Shown here one piece after another: positions 1 through 8,315 of a DNA stretch of 33,572 nucleotides. Position 1 is the first letter of the stretch. Each line of letters starts with the position of its first letter. The notes beneath the pieces are model-generated. The model was not told the DNA's origin, searched no databases, and saw only the letters and a program-made list of their open reading frames with translations. Source of the DNA: Deltaproteobacteria bacterium (lineage in GTDB: Bacteria; Desulfobacterota; Desulfobacteria; Desulfobacterales; UBA11574); contig JAFDBA010000002.1 of the NCBI GenBank assembly GCA_019313505.1, positions 1-33,572 on the forward strand. Reading direction: 5' to 3'. The position numbers and the translations under genes are program-made.

Positions 1-2316
1 AAGGATCTGCCACCTGTATCGTTTTGCGATTCTTGGAAGTGAGGCTTCAATGGGTCCCAATATTTCCACGGACTTTAAAAAAGAGTGATTGTTGTTTTTC
101 AACGTATCACAAAGATCCCCGATATCCTGGGCATGCCGCCGGGTTTTATCCTTATCTTTCCCTGATATTTTAAGCTGGACCATCCTTGCAAATGGGGGAT
201 AATTCAGGCTCTTCCGGAAACTTATCTCCTGGTTGTAAAAGGTTTGAAAGTCCTGCTTTGTTGCAGATAAGACGGCGAAATGATTTGGGTTATAAGTCTG
301 CAGGATCACACGGCCGGGCACAGCTCCCCGCCCTGCCCTTCCGGCAACCTGGGCTAAGAGCTGAAAGGTTCGTTCCCCGGCTCGAAAATCCGGAAAGTTG
401 AGTGAAAGATCTGCGCAAATAATACCCACCAGAGTAATGTTGGGAAAGTCATGGCCTTTTGCGACCATCTGAGTCCCCACGAGAATATCTGTTGTCTGGT
501 TTCTGAGACCTTTCAGGATTTTCAGAATGGAACCTTTTCGCCGGGTGGTATCTCGATCCATCCTGGCCGTCCTGGCATCAGGGAAAAAAGATTTTACGGC
601 TGCCTCGACTTTTTCAGTTCCTATACCCAGCAAAAGGATTTTGGTGGATCCGCAGGACGTGCAGTTTGATGTGGATGCCCGCGCATAACCGCAGTAATGA
701 CATTTGTATGCATTGATCTTCTGATGCAGGGTAAGTGAAATATCACAATTTTTGCATCTTATGGCTTCACCACAGGCCGCACAAACCGGATAACTGGCAA
801 AACCACGGCGGTTTAGAAAAAGAAGAACCTGCTCCCCTCGAACGAGTGTTGCTTTCATTTCCCGGTGAAGTTCCGGTGTAATGAAGCGCCGAATTCCCCG
901 AACATCCCTGCTTTTGCACAGATCGACTACGGTTATCTCCGGGAGGGGTCGTTTTTCAACTCTTTTTGTTAATGTGACCACCTTAAACTTTTTTGTTGTC
1001 GTATTATAGTACGACTGTATCGAGGGTGTAGCAGACCCCAGCAGGGCAACGCCGTTATCAAGCTTTGCTCTTACAACTGCAAGATCCCTGGCATTATAAC
1101 GCAAACCACCCTCCTGCTTGTAGGATGTGTCATGTTCTTCATCAACGATAATAATGCCGATATTCACAAAAGGTGCAAACACGGCGGATCTTGCACCTAT
1201 TACGATAGCCGCTTCCCCTCGAGCGATACGCATCCACTGGTCATAGCGTTCTCCAGCTGAAAGACCGCTGTGAAGAATAGCAACACACTCTCCAAACCGG
1301 GCTCGAAAGCGACGTTCCATCTGGGAAATAAGGGCAATCTCCGGAACAAGGACCAGCACGGAATAGCCCAGGCTTATAACTTTTGCAGCAAGCTGCATAT
1401 AAACTTCTGTCTTGCCGCTTCCAGTGACTCCTGCCAGAAGACAGGTTGTAAATTTCCGGCCAAGGGATTCTGTTACTGTAAAGATCACACTTTTCTGTTC
1501 TTTTGTAAGCGTGTGAGCGGTGTCAGGTGCTATGGGTTCACCGAAGGGATCCCGGTACACTTTTTTTTGAAAAATCGAAATGTACCCGTCCGTTTCAAGA
1601 GATTTTATTAATCTTGGACCAGAAGGAACCTGTTCTTGTAATTTTTTTACGGAGATTTCACTGAAAGTTTTGAGAGTCTCAATGATTTTTTTTCTTGCAT
1701 TGGAAAGTTTTTCCATTGGAATATCCGAACCAATTAATGACACATATCGCTCCATCTTCGGTTTAGTTGACCCACCTTTTAGCTTGCGATTGCAAACAAT
1801 AACCCCCCGACTTTCCATGGAATGAATTAAAGCATTAGGGATGTGCTTATTAAAATTTTTGTTAAGGTCTTTGAAGCGACATGGTCCGGTCCCCAGCCGG
1901 TTTAAGATCTCCATTTCCAGAGGTGTGGTAGAATTATTTAAAAGAGAATCTTTCCCTTTTTCCGTAATTGCGATGGTGAAAAAGTCGTAAAGATTTAAGC
2001 CTCCGGGCAAAGCACATTTGATAACATCTCCTATGGGATGCAGGTAGTAGTCAGCGGTCCACCTGAAGAACGGAATCATGGATGAAGGGAAAAGGGGCTT
2101 TTCATCAAGGATATCCAAGATAGTTTTTATCCCTTCCTGATTTTCATCCTTTCCCTGGCCCAGGATATATCCTGTTACCCTGCGCCGGCCGAATGGGACC
2201 AGCACCCTTTTTCCCGTGGATACCAGTTCACCAAGATTTTCCGGAACGCTGTAAGTATAGGTATTGTATACCGGAAGCGCTACGGCGACTTCTATATAAG
2301 TCAAATATGATGCCAT
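1..2316 (-). CDS. priA: Primosomal protein N' (replication restart helicase); 3' end runs off the window
   Basis: Manual translation of the minus strand from ATG at 2316 gives MASYLTYIEVAVALPVYNTYTYSVP...GKRVLVPFGRRRVTGY, Walker A LAGVTGSGKTEVY, IVDEEHD, a Cys-rich zinc region, and ...LGPIEASLPRIAKRYRWQIL at the edge. Absent from the ORF track, presumably because it has no stop in the window. Confidence 0.95.
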   Translation of the reverse strand, partial: MASYLTYIEVAVALPVYNTYTYSVPENLGELVSTGKRVLVPFGRRRVTGYILGQGKDENQEGIKTILDILDEKPLFPSSMIPFFRWTADYYLHPIGDVIKCALPGGLNLYDFFTIAITEKGKDSLLNNSTTPLEMEILNRLGTGPCRFKDLNKNFNKHIPNALIHSMESRGVIVCNRKLKGGSTKPKMERYVSLIGSDIPMEKLSNARKKIIETLKTFSEISVKKLQEQVPSGPRLIKSLETDGYISIFQKKVYRDPFGEPIAPDTAHTLTKEQKSVIFTVTESLGRKFTTCLLAGVTGSGKTEVYMQLAAKVISLGYSVLVLVPEIALISQMERRFRARFGECVAILHSGLSAGERYDQWMRIARGEAAIVIGARSAVFAPFVNIGIIIVDEEHDTSYKQEGGLRYNARDLAVVRAKLDNGVALLGSATPSIQSYYNTTTKKFKVVTLTKRVEKRPLPEITVVDLCKSRDVRGIRRFITPELHREMKATLVRGEQVLLFLNRRGFASYPVCAACGEAIRCKNCDISLTLHQKINAYKCHYCGYARASTSNCTSCGSTKILLLGIGTEKVEAAVKSFFPDARTARMDRDTTRRKGSILKILKGLRNQTTDILVGTQMVAKGHDFPNITLVGIICADLSLNFPDFRAGERTFQLLAQVAGRAGRGAVPGRVILQTYNPNHFAVLSATKQDFQTFYNQEISFRKSLNYPPFARMVQLKISGKDKDKTRRHAQDIGDLCDTLKNNNHSFLKSVEILGPIEASLPRIAKRYRWQIL

Positions 2317-2400
2317 TTTTCTTTAATTTATCCAAGTTAGACGCTTAGTTGTAAATTTTGGGCTTTCTGTGGCAAAACTTTTTTTCTTGCCACAAATATT

Positions 2401-2426
2401 TTTAGTTCCGGCTTGTCCGGGTTAGG
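2401..2426 (-). repeat. Dispersed repeat-end motif CCTAACCCGGACAAGCCGGAAC (family A)
   Basis: Reverse complement cctaacccggacaagccggaactaaa matches 20237-20262 at 22/26. Related copies at 2328-2340, 3846-3859, 21367-21398 and 31044-31075. Confidence 0.65.
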
Positions 2427-2468
2427 TTCATGCAAAGCAAAACTGGTTTTAATGCCCCCGTTTTTTTC

Positions 2469-2497
2469 TTGACACCGAAGCTGTTTTTCTTTAGAAT
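2469..2497 (+). promoter_or_regulatory. sigma70-type promoter
   Basis: TTGACA-17 bp-TAGAAT upstream of the small membrane protein and IMPase genes. Confidence 0.7.
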
Positions 2498-2606
2498 ACA
2501 TTGTGCAAACTACCTGTGAAAATTAGATATTTTATCAAACACCTCAATTTGGTTACTATGTAGACAAAATATAGCTTTATTATAGATATTTTTCAACCGT
2601 ATCGGG

Positions 2607-2643
2607 CAGACCTTTGGAAAACGCTCCCTTTTGCAAAGGTCTC
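2607..2643. mobile_element. Collapsed MITE (two terminal inverted repeats only, family B)
   Basis: cagacctttggaaaacgctcccttttgcaaaggtctc has the same ends as the 142 bp element at 15184-15325. Confidence 0.7.
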
Positions 2644-2682
2644 ATCAGAACATGTGAAAGGTGCTTTCATAAGGAGGAAGAT

Positions 2683-2985
2683 ATGCATAAAATAAGAAAA
2701 CAATCCATGATCTTGTTGTTAATTGCAGCCATGATCTTTATTCCATTCGGCACTTCCGCTCTTGCGCAAAGCAAGACTATGGATAACAATGTCAGCGCCG
2801 AAGCCATGACCGCAGACCTTTTAGTTATCAGGCCCTTGGGAATCGTTGCCACTGTGGTGGGCAGCGCCATTTTTATTGTATCTCTCCCATTTTCAGCTCT
2901 TGGTGGAAACACAAAAACCGCATGCCGGAAATTGGTCCAAGATCCTGCCAAATTTACATTTAAAAGACCACTGGGAGATTTTTAG
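2683..2985 (+). CDS. Small exported/membrane protein of unknown function (100 aa)
   Basis: AAGGAGG RBS before ATG 2683. Signal-peptide-like N-terminus ending SALA, then the hydrophobic segment ADLLVIRPLGIVATVVGSAIFIVSLPF and a C-terminal FKRPLG. The longer ORF-track start lies inside the repeat. Confidence 0.75.
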   Translation: MHKIRKQSMILLLIAAMIFIPFGTSALAQSKTMDNNVSAEAMTADLLVIRPLGIVATVVGSAIFIVSLPFSALGGNTKTACRKLVQDPAKFTFKRPLGDF

Positions 2986-3034
2986 CGTTTTATTGTGTTT
3001 TCTCTCCAAATTATTCTTTGAACAAGGAGTGTAA

Positions 3035-3832
3035 ATGGGTATAAAAGTTCCTGGGATTAAAGATTTAACTAAATTTGCAATGGAAGTTATCCGCCGTTCA
3101 GGTAAAGAAGCACTTTCCTATTATGGTAAAGGAAACCCCAATATTAAATTCGATGAGGAACTGGTTACAGAAGCGGAGCTCCATCTGATGGCATTTTTTC
3201 AGGATCAGCTCAACAATCATTTCCCAGAGCATCAGGTGTTTAAAAACAACCAGGCCGATAAAGACTACACCCATGATGAAAAGCGCTACCTGTGGATCTT
3301 TGATCCGTTAGATGGTGTTGCTAATTTTCAGGCTGGAATCCCCATTTGGGGCACCTCTCTTGCACTTATTGAAAATTTCTGGCCCGTTTTCGGTGCATTT
3401 CATATGCCGGCAACCGGCGATCTATTTCATGCACGGGCAGAACAAAAAGCTTTTTTGGGAAAAGAGGAAATCTGCGTATCTGATAAAAAAAATATTAACG
3501 ACGAGAGCCTTCTTTTCACTTACTCCCGGTTTCACCACAGTTATCGATCCACATTCCCAGGTAAAATCCGCGATCTGGGATGCACCGGTGCTCATATATG
3601 CTATGTTGCCATGGGTCGCGCGGAAGCCGCAATCATTGCTAACGAGTCGTATCAAGATCTTTCTGCAGCAGGTATCATTCTTGAGGCGGCGGGAGGAAAA
3701 ATCTGCAAGATAAATGGAAATAATTTTTTCCTTAACGAATACCTGGACGGACAAAAGATCAATGATCACCTTCTTGTCATGGCTCCCGATATCTACTCCC
3801 AAGTACGTAGCAGTTTGCATGAGGTTTCTTAA
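3035..3832 (+). CDS. Inositol monophosphatase/SuhB-family protein with divergent active site
   Basis: WIFDPLDGVANF, IRDLGCTG..CYVAMGR and QDLSAAG.ILEAAGG motifs; AGGAG RBS. Confidence 0.85.
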   Translation: MGIKVPGIKDLTKFAMEVIRRSGKEALSYYGKGNPNIKFDEELVTEAELHLMAFFQDQLNNHFPEHQVFKNNQADKDYTHDEKRYLWIFDPLDGVANFQAGIPIWGTSLALIENFWPVFGAFHMPATGDLFHARAEQKAFLGKEEICVSDKKNINDESLLFTYSRFHHSYRSTFPGKIRDLGCTGAHICYVAMGRAEAAIIANESYQDLSAAGIILEAAGGKICKINGNNFFLNEYLDGQKINDHLLVMAPDIYSQVRSSLHEVS

Positions 3833-4065
3833 GCACTTTCCTTGATTATCCGAGTCAGGGCAACATAAATGATTTCAAGGACGATGGTTTCGTAAAAAGT
3901 TCATAAGCGATTTTGAGCAGTCAAGCTAAATAGGACGCAGATTTTCGCAGACCCGCCTGCCATGCGAGGCACAAGCGGGCAGGTATACACAGATAATATT
4001 GTTATTTTGCAATTTAAGAATCTTGATAATATGTGTCCAAAAAAGGAAATTCCTAGACCATCAAG

Positions 4066-4965
4066 CTAGGGATTCATCTGATTAGTTAGCCACTTGTTTA
4101 CGGCGTTCACAAGATCCTGTTGATGACCGCTAAAGCGGTGATTGGCACCGGGAATTTTGACTATCGTAACATGTATTCCCGGCGTTGCACTTTTAAGGAG
4201 TCTGTCAGCCACATCAGGGTTTGCCAAGCGATCAGCCAGACCATGGACGATGAGAACCGGCTTAAAAATCCGGGCGATGTTTTTGTATGGGTCGGAAACT
4301 GTTTTCGGGCCCCTGAGGCTTACCACATGGTTAGCGGTGTAAAGTGCTTTACCCAGAGGACCCAGATTGATCAGCATCCATTCGTCTCCTTTACTCCCGG
4401 CTACCAAATCCTGGGCCTGGCGGAGAACCTGGCTTGCAGCCTTTAGGCCGAATACGCTTATATTCCATTCGAACAAATTGCCTGGAGGGCCGGTTAACAG
4501 CATGCCTTTAATCCTGGGATCTCCGGTTGCTGCAAGGTAGTAGAGTACACGGTTAGTGCCCATACTGTGGCCGAAAAGAAATATAGGATTATAGCCAAGC
4601 CGTGCCATTTCATCCACCGCTACAGTAATATCATAACGGTTATCTTCAAACCGGTTCTTTTTAGGACCCCGATCATGGTCACGCATGTTTAGCGCCAGAG
4701 TGGCAAAACCGAAATCAGCCAGGGTTTCCGGGAGAAAGGCCATGATACCAGAATAGAAGTTGCCGCTGTAACCGTGGATCATTACCACACCGACGTTATT
4801 TTGAACCGTATGAGGCCGGCGCAAAATACCGGTTAGGTTGATCCCGTCGGCAGTTTGCAGTTGAACCATTTCGATCCCGACATTTCCAGCAGCACGGGCC
4901 GCCGGGTTCAGGAAAACAAGGATAAGCAGAAAGGTCAAAACAAAAGATTTGAGAAATTGCATCAT
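4066..4965 (-). CDS. Secreted alpha/beta-fold serine hydrolase
   Basis: Signal peptide ending AARA; HG oxyanion motif (MIHGYSG); nucleophile elbow GHSMG; Asp in HGLADRL; His in GANHRF. Confidence 0.85.
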   Translation of the reverse strand: MMQFLKSFVLTFLLILVFLNPAARAAGNVGIEMVQLQTADGINLTGILRRPHTVQNNVGVVMIHGYSGNFYSGIMAFLPETLADFGFATLALNMRDHDRGPKKNRFEDNRYDITVAVDEMARLGYNPIFLFGHSMGTNRVLYYLAATGDPRIKGMLLTGPPGNLFEWNISVFGLKAASQVLRQAQDLVAGSKGDEWMLINLGPLGKALYTANHVVSLRGPKTVSDPYKNIARIFKPVLIVHGLADRLANPDVADRLLKSATPGIHVTIVKIPGANHRFSGHQQDLVNAVNKWLTNQMNP

Positions 4966-4979
4966 TACCTCTTTATTTT

Positions 4980-5046
4980 ACCTAAATTGAGCGATTTTTT
5001 ACTCGATTTGCGCCGATCTCTTCGCAAAAAATCGCTCAGCTTAGGT
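4980..5046. repeat. 67 bp palindromic element with 21 bp arms
   Basis: acctaaattgagcgatttttt (4980-5000) and aaaaaatcgctcagcttaggt (5026-5046) are complementary at 19/21. Confidence 0.7.
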
Positions 5047-5133
5047 TTTAGTTAGTGTATATGTAACGTTTCTGAAAATCTATACCGCTATAAGCGAACT
5101 AGTGTCCGTCCATAAATACATTTGAGCACTAAG

Positions 5134-5281
5134 TAGTTTCCAATTTATAAATGAGATATTTTTTCGATGAGCAAGGCCGCACAAGGGTTTTTGCCCGAGG
5201 CGTACTTTCTGTACGTCGAGGGCGGAAACCCGCGGAGAACGCCACTCATCGGAAAAATAGCTCATTTATGGATGGAAACTA
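5134..5281. mobile_element. MITE-like element (family C), 148 bp, with long imperfect TIRs
   Basis: Left end tagtttccaatttataaatgagatattttttcgatgag matches the reverse complement of the right end, tagtttccatccataaatgagctatttttccgatgag. Internal cgtac...gtacg hairpin. A second TIR copy, tagtgtccgtccataaat, starts at 5100. Confidence 0.75.
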
Positions 5282-5301
5282 AAATTTACAGGAGGTCCAA
5301 C

Positions 5302-5724
5302 ATGCTTATTCATAAGACCAAAGTACAGGTTCTCTTTGGTGATACCGACCCGTACGGCGTTGTTTACTTTGTTGCCTATTTTCGTTATTTTCATCAGGGC
5401 ATCGAAGAATTCCTGCGCCATATAGGCATATCACCGAAAACATTTTTCCGCAACCGGGAAGAAAAATTTGGAATGCCCAAAGTCGCAGCGGATTGTCGCT
5501 TTCTTATACCGGCCTATTATGGTGATTTGCTTGAGATGCACACCTCGATCAAGGAAATCAAGGATAAGGCTATTATTTTCCAGTTTCAATTTTATCGCCC
5601 TCCTGAAACTCGCTTGGTGGCGGAAGGAAGTGTTACATTTGTATGCATCGACCATACCTGGAAGGCCAGGTCGCTTCCGGAAATCCTGGTCGAAAAAATA
5701 CAAAACCATTTGCCGGCAAAATAA
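5302..5724 (+). CDS. Acyl-CoA thioesterase, 4HBT/YbgC hot-dog family (140 aa)
   Basis: CAGGAGG RBS before ATG 5302; motif FGDTDPYGVVYFVAYFRYF. The longer ORF-track start lies inside the MITE. Confidence 0.85.
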   Translation: MLIHKTKVQVLFGDTDPYGVVYFVAYFRYFHQGIEEFLRHIGISPKTFFRNREEKFGMPKVAADCRFLIPAYYGDLLEMHTSIKEIKDKAIIFQFQFYRPPETRLVAEGSVTFVCIDHTWKARSLPEILVEKIQNHLPAK

Positions 5725-5779
5725 TTTTTCTATCAATTATTTTGCCGATATGATTGCAACGAGTTTTCTACAAGCCATC

Positions 5780-6523
5780 TCAAATCGATTTATGTAAAAC
5801 AACATCATTCCCTGAAATTGCCAGAAGCAATCCCCTGCGATTGGTGGCTTTTGCCACACGCAACCACTTTTCTTTGCTGAGGCCCCGTGCCAATGTGGTG
5901 AGGAGCAAGCCACCTTCCAGTTCACGGCTTCCTTTCATAACCATAAACTGGCGATGGTTGGTGAAGGCAAACAAAAGATGTCCGTTGGAAAGCAAGAAAT
6001 TATAGTCACCAGGATACTGGTCGATCATTTGCGTAGTACTATAAGCCAAAGCATCGAAAAGCATATCAGGTCCTGCGGCATGCCTGTGATGATCTTCCAT
6101 ATGGTCCCGGAGGTATTCAAAAGCCCTGGCCGAGTCGCTTACGGCATCTTCAATGGCAATATCACTACTTCTGTAAGATTCAATGGCCGGCGCTTTGCCG
6201 TTATGGGCAAAAATCCAATTATGACTGCCGAATTTTAGAACGAAGGGATGGGCATGGCACTCGTCCACTAAACCGCTGGTCCGAAAACGGATATGGCAAA
6301 TGATAATTCTACTCTTTACAACACGGGCCAGTTTTTGAAAACTGTCGTGCAAGTGACCTGAATGAAAAACCTGTTCAGCCGACTTTTCAATTAAGGCATG
6401 ATTTTTACGGAAAAAACCAATGCCCCAGCCGTCCATGTTTTTTTTGGCCTGGACTGCAAACAGGGGCATCGATTTGGGGGCGGAATAATCTTTTTTGGCG
6501 GAAAGGGCAAAAAGGTCACACAT
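5780..6523 (-). CDS. Class II (Ntn) glutamine amidotransferase/gamma-glutamyl amide hydrolase, YafJ/EgtC-like
   Basis: N-terminal MCD (nucleophile Cys), DGWGIG, HIRFRTSG, HPF, FAHNG and SDS motifs. Confidence 0.85.
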   Translation of the reverse strand: MCDLFALSAKKDYSAPKSMPLFAVQAKKNMDGWGIGFFRKNHALIEKSAEQVFHSGHLHDSFQKLARVVKSRIIICHIRFRTSGLVDECHAHPFVLKFGSHNWIFAHNGKAPAIESYRSSDIAIEDAVSDSARAFEYLRDHMEDHHRHAAGPDMLFDALAYSTTQMIDQYPGDYNFLLSNGHLLFAFTNHRQFMVMKGSRELEGGLLLTTLARGLSKEKWLRVAKATNRRGLLLAISGNDVVLHKSI

Positions 6524-6534
6524 TTATACCAGCC

Positions 6535-7275
6535 TCAAACATCTCCAGCATATAACATATCCGGTCCGGCAATCACCAAAAGCTCACCTTTGGATTGAGG
6601 ATCCGGTATTATTGGGTGCCAATCGGTGCTAATCAGCTTTTCTCTGATGGAAGTAACCAGTAGAATGTCCCCCATACTTTCAGACTCTTTGAGAACCATC
6701 AGTTGTCCAAAGTTACAAAAGGCAAAGAGAAACGATTCATTGGCCAGAAAAAAAGTGTACTCCCCGGGGTAGTCTTCAAGAAGCTCTTGGATAGCGATGC
6801 GCATGGCAATGTATACACTGATATAGGGATTTTTGCGGTTGAGCAATACTAAGTGATCTCTTAAATATTCGAAAATTCTGGCTGTATAGACATCAATTTC
6901 AAGCCGTGGTGTTCCGACGGTCTGATATTCGCGAATGTTTTCAACAACTCCTACTTGGGCAAAAAGCCAATGGTGTTCTAAAAATTCAAGCTTGAAAGGA
7001 TGGTTGTGTGCACTGTGGCGACCACCGCTTTTGGGGCAATTTAGATGTGAAATGATGACCCGGCTATCGATGACCCGGGCAAGTCTTTGGAAGCTTTCGT
7101 GTACCTGATTTCGCGTAAACACCTGTTCGGATGATTTTTCCACCAAAGCCTGATCTTCGCGAAAAAAACCGATGCCCCAGCCGCTCATGTTTTTCTTACC
7201 CTTTTCCGCAAAGATGGGCAAGTATTTTTGGGGCGTATAGTTATATCCGGCCGAGATGGCTAAGATGTCACACAT
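6535..7275 (-). CDS. Second class II (Ntn) amidotransferase paralogue with altered active-site motifs
   Basis: GGGAGG RBS before ATG 7275, giving MCDILAIS. SGWGIG and HPF retained; HIR becomes HLN, HNG becomes QVG, SDS becomes VYT. Confidence 0.8.
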   Translation of the reverse strand: MCDILAISAGYNYTPQKYLPIFAEKGKKNMSGWGIGFFREDQALVEKSSEQVFTRNQVHESFQRLARVIDSRVIISHLNCPKSGGRHSAHNHPFKLEFLEHHWLFAQVGVVENIREYQTVGTPRLEIDVYTARIFEYLRDHLVLLNRKNPYISVYIAMRIAIQELLEDYPGEYTFFLANESFLFAFCNFGQLMVLKESESMGDILLVTSIREKLISTDWHPIIPDPQSKGELLVIAGPDMLYAGDV

Positions 7276-7290
7276 GGGCCCTCCCGCTTC

Positions 7291-7306
7291 GAGACCTTTG
7301 CAAAAC
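7291..7306. repeat. Solo terminal inverted repeat (family B)
   Basis: gagacctttgcaaaac is the exact reverse complement of the right end (15310-15325) of the full element. Confidence 0.65.
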
Positions 7307-7331
7307 ATTGTTTAATTCAATTATTTTGATA

Positions 7332-8306
7332 TCAATTAAACAATTTTATATGTTCTACTGACTGATCTGCTTTAGTTGGCGCCTGCTTGATACGCTCCTT
7401 ATAGCCGTACTCTGTATAAATCTCGTAGATGGTTTTCAGCCACTTGTTCGCTTCGGGATAGTAATAGATTTCCGGAACATAACCCTGGCTCAATTCAACA
7501 ATAAACTGGGTAAAGATGATCCATTGCATGGCTCCATCAATATCATGCAACACAGACGAGTGATATCGAAATTCAATGGTGGAGCGATACCAGTATGAGT
7601 GCAGATTCAAGCCGTGATAGCGGGTCTTATCATAACGTGAATTCACACCCCCATTTGCGTCGTAACGGTTTTTCAGTGAATACCAAAGTTCTTTAATGTG
7701 GCAATTACCGTCACCAACATTACCTTCGCAAACATCCAGAAAGGCTTTGACGTCAATTTCCATAGGGCGACAGGTTGCGACGTTTTTGCGATCTCCCGGA
7801 ATAAGCAGATAAAAAAGATCTTCATAGTGGTGAACGATGCGTACAAGCTGCTGGAGTTCTTTACAGGTGTAAACTGCCGGGTCAACACCGTGATGAACAT
7901 GCATGCCGCAACTTGCATCGATATCAATTCCTTCAATAGCATTGAGAAATCGGAAAGCGTTGAAGACTTGCACCAGTCCTTCCATGCCGCTTAAGATCGG
8001 GCTGATCAGTTCAACACCACATTTGGTGTGTCCTTTGCCTCTGACGGAAGAATCTCGCTCAAAGTGCCACAAGTCGCGACTGGCGCCAAGGACCAGGTTG
8101 TAATCCTTGTAAAGATCTGTAATGTGGCGCCCGTCTTTAGCACGGGATGAAATGCAGTAGGGCTTGATGATACTATTGTCCAATGGTGTTATCACATAGT
8201 TCAGGCCGAAAAATTCGATCTCCACCCCAAAGGTGCGATCGGTAAAGTTTTGCAACATGGGGTACTTGTTCTTGATCTCTGTCACAAAATGATCAGATAC
8301 AGTCAT
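7332..8306 (-). CDS. Putative amidoligase (Amidoligase_2 / COOH-NH2 ligase superfamily)
   Basis: RTFGVEIE, DSS, GVELISPIL, SCGMHVH, RYHGLNL and TIEFR motifs. Confidence 0.85.
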   Translation of the reverse strand: MTVSDHFVTEIKNKYPMLQNFTDRTFGVEIEFFGLNYVITPLDNSIIKPYCISSRAKDGRHITDLYKDYNLVLGASRDLWHFERDSSVRGKGHTKCGVELISPILSGMEGLVQVFNAFRFLNAIEGIDIDASCGMHVHHGVDPAVYTCKELQQLVRIVHHYEDLFYLLIPGDRKNVATCRPMEIDVKAFLDVCEGNVGDGNCHIKELWYSLKNRYDANGGVNSRYDKTRYHGLNLHSYWYRSTIEFRYHSSVLHDIDGAMQWIIFTQFIVELSQGYVPEIYYYPEANKWLKTIYEIYTEYGYKERIKQAPTKADQSVEHIKLFN

Positions 8307-8315
8307 GTTAGTTCC

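Noticed and set aside
186-1825. Short plus-strand ORFs in the first 2 kb
   Set aside because: They are antisense shadows of priA, which occupies the minus strand from 2316 to the window edge.
5167-5301. N-terminal extensions of ORF-track calls (5167, and likewise 2614, 7308, 10469, 10818, 13518, 17769)
   Set aside because: Downstream starts have clear RBSs and match family N-termini. The extensions read through MITE ends (FCKGL appears in both the 2614 and 7308 ORFs) or through neighbouring genes. An Ntn hydrolase also requires Cys at position 2.
7332-8306. Prophage or ICE origin of the amidoligase
   Set aside because: There are no phage, conjugation or integrase genes nearby; the context is metabolic.
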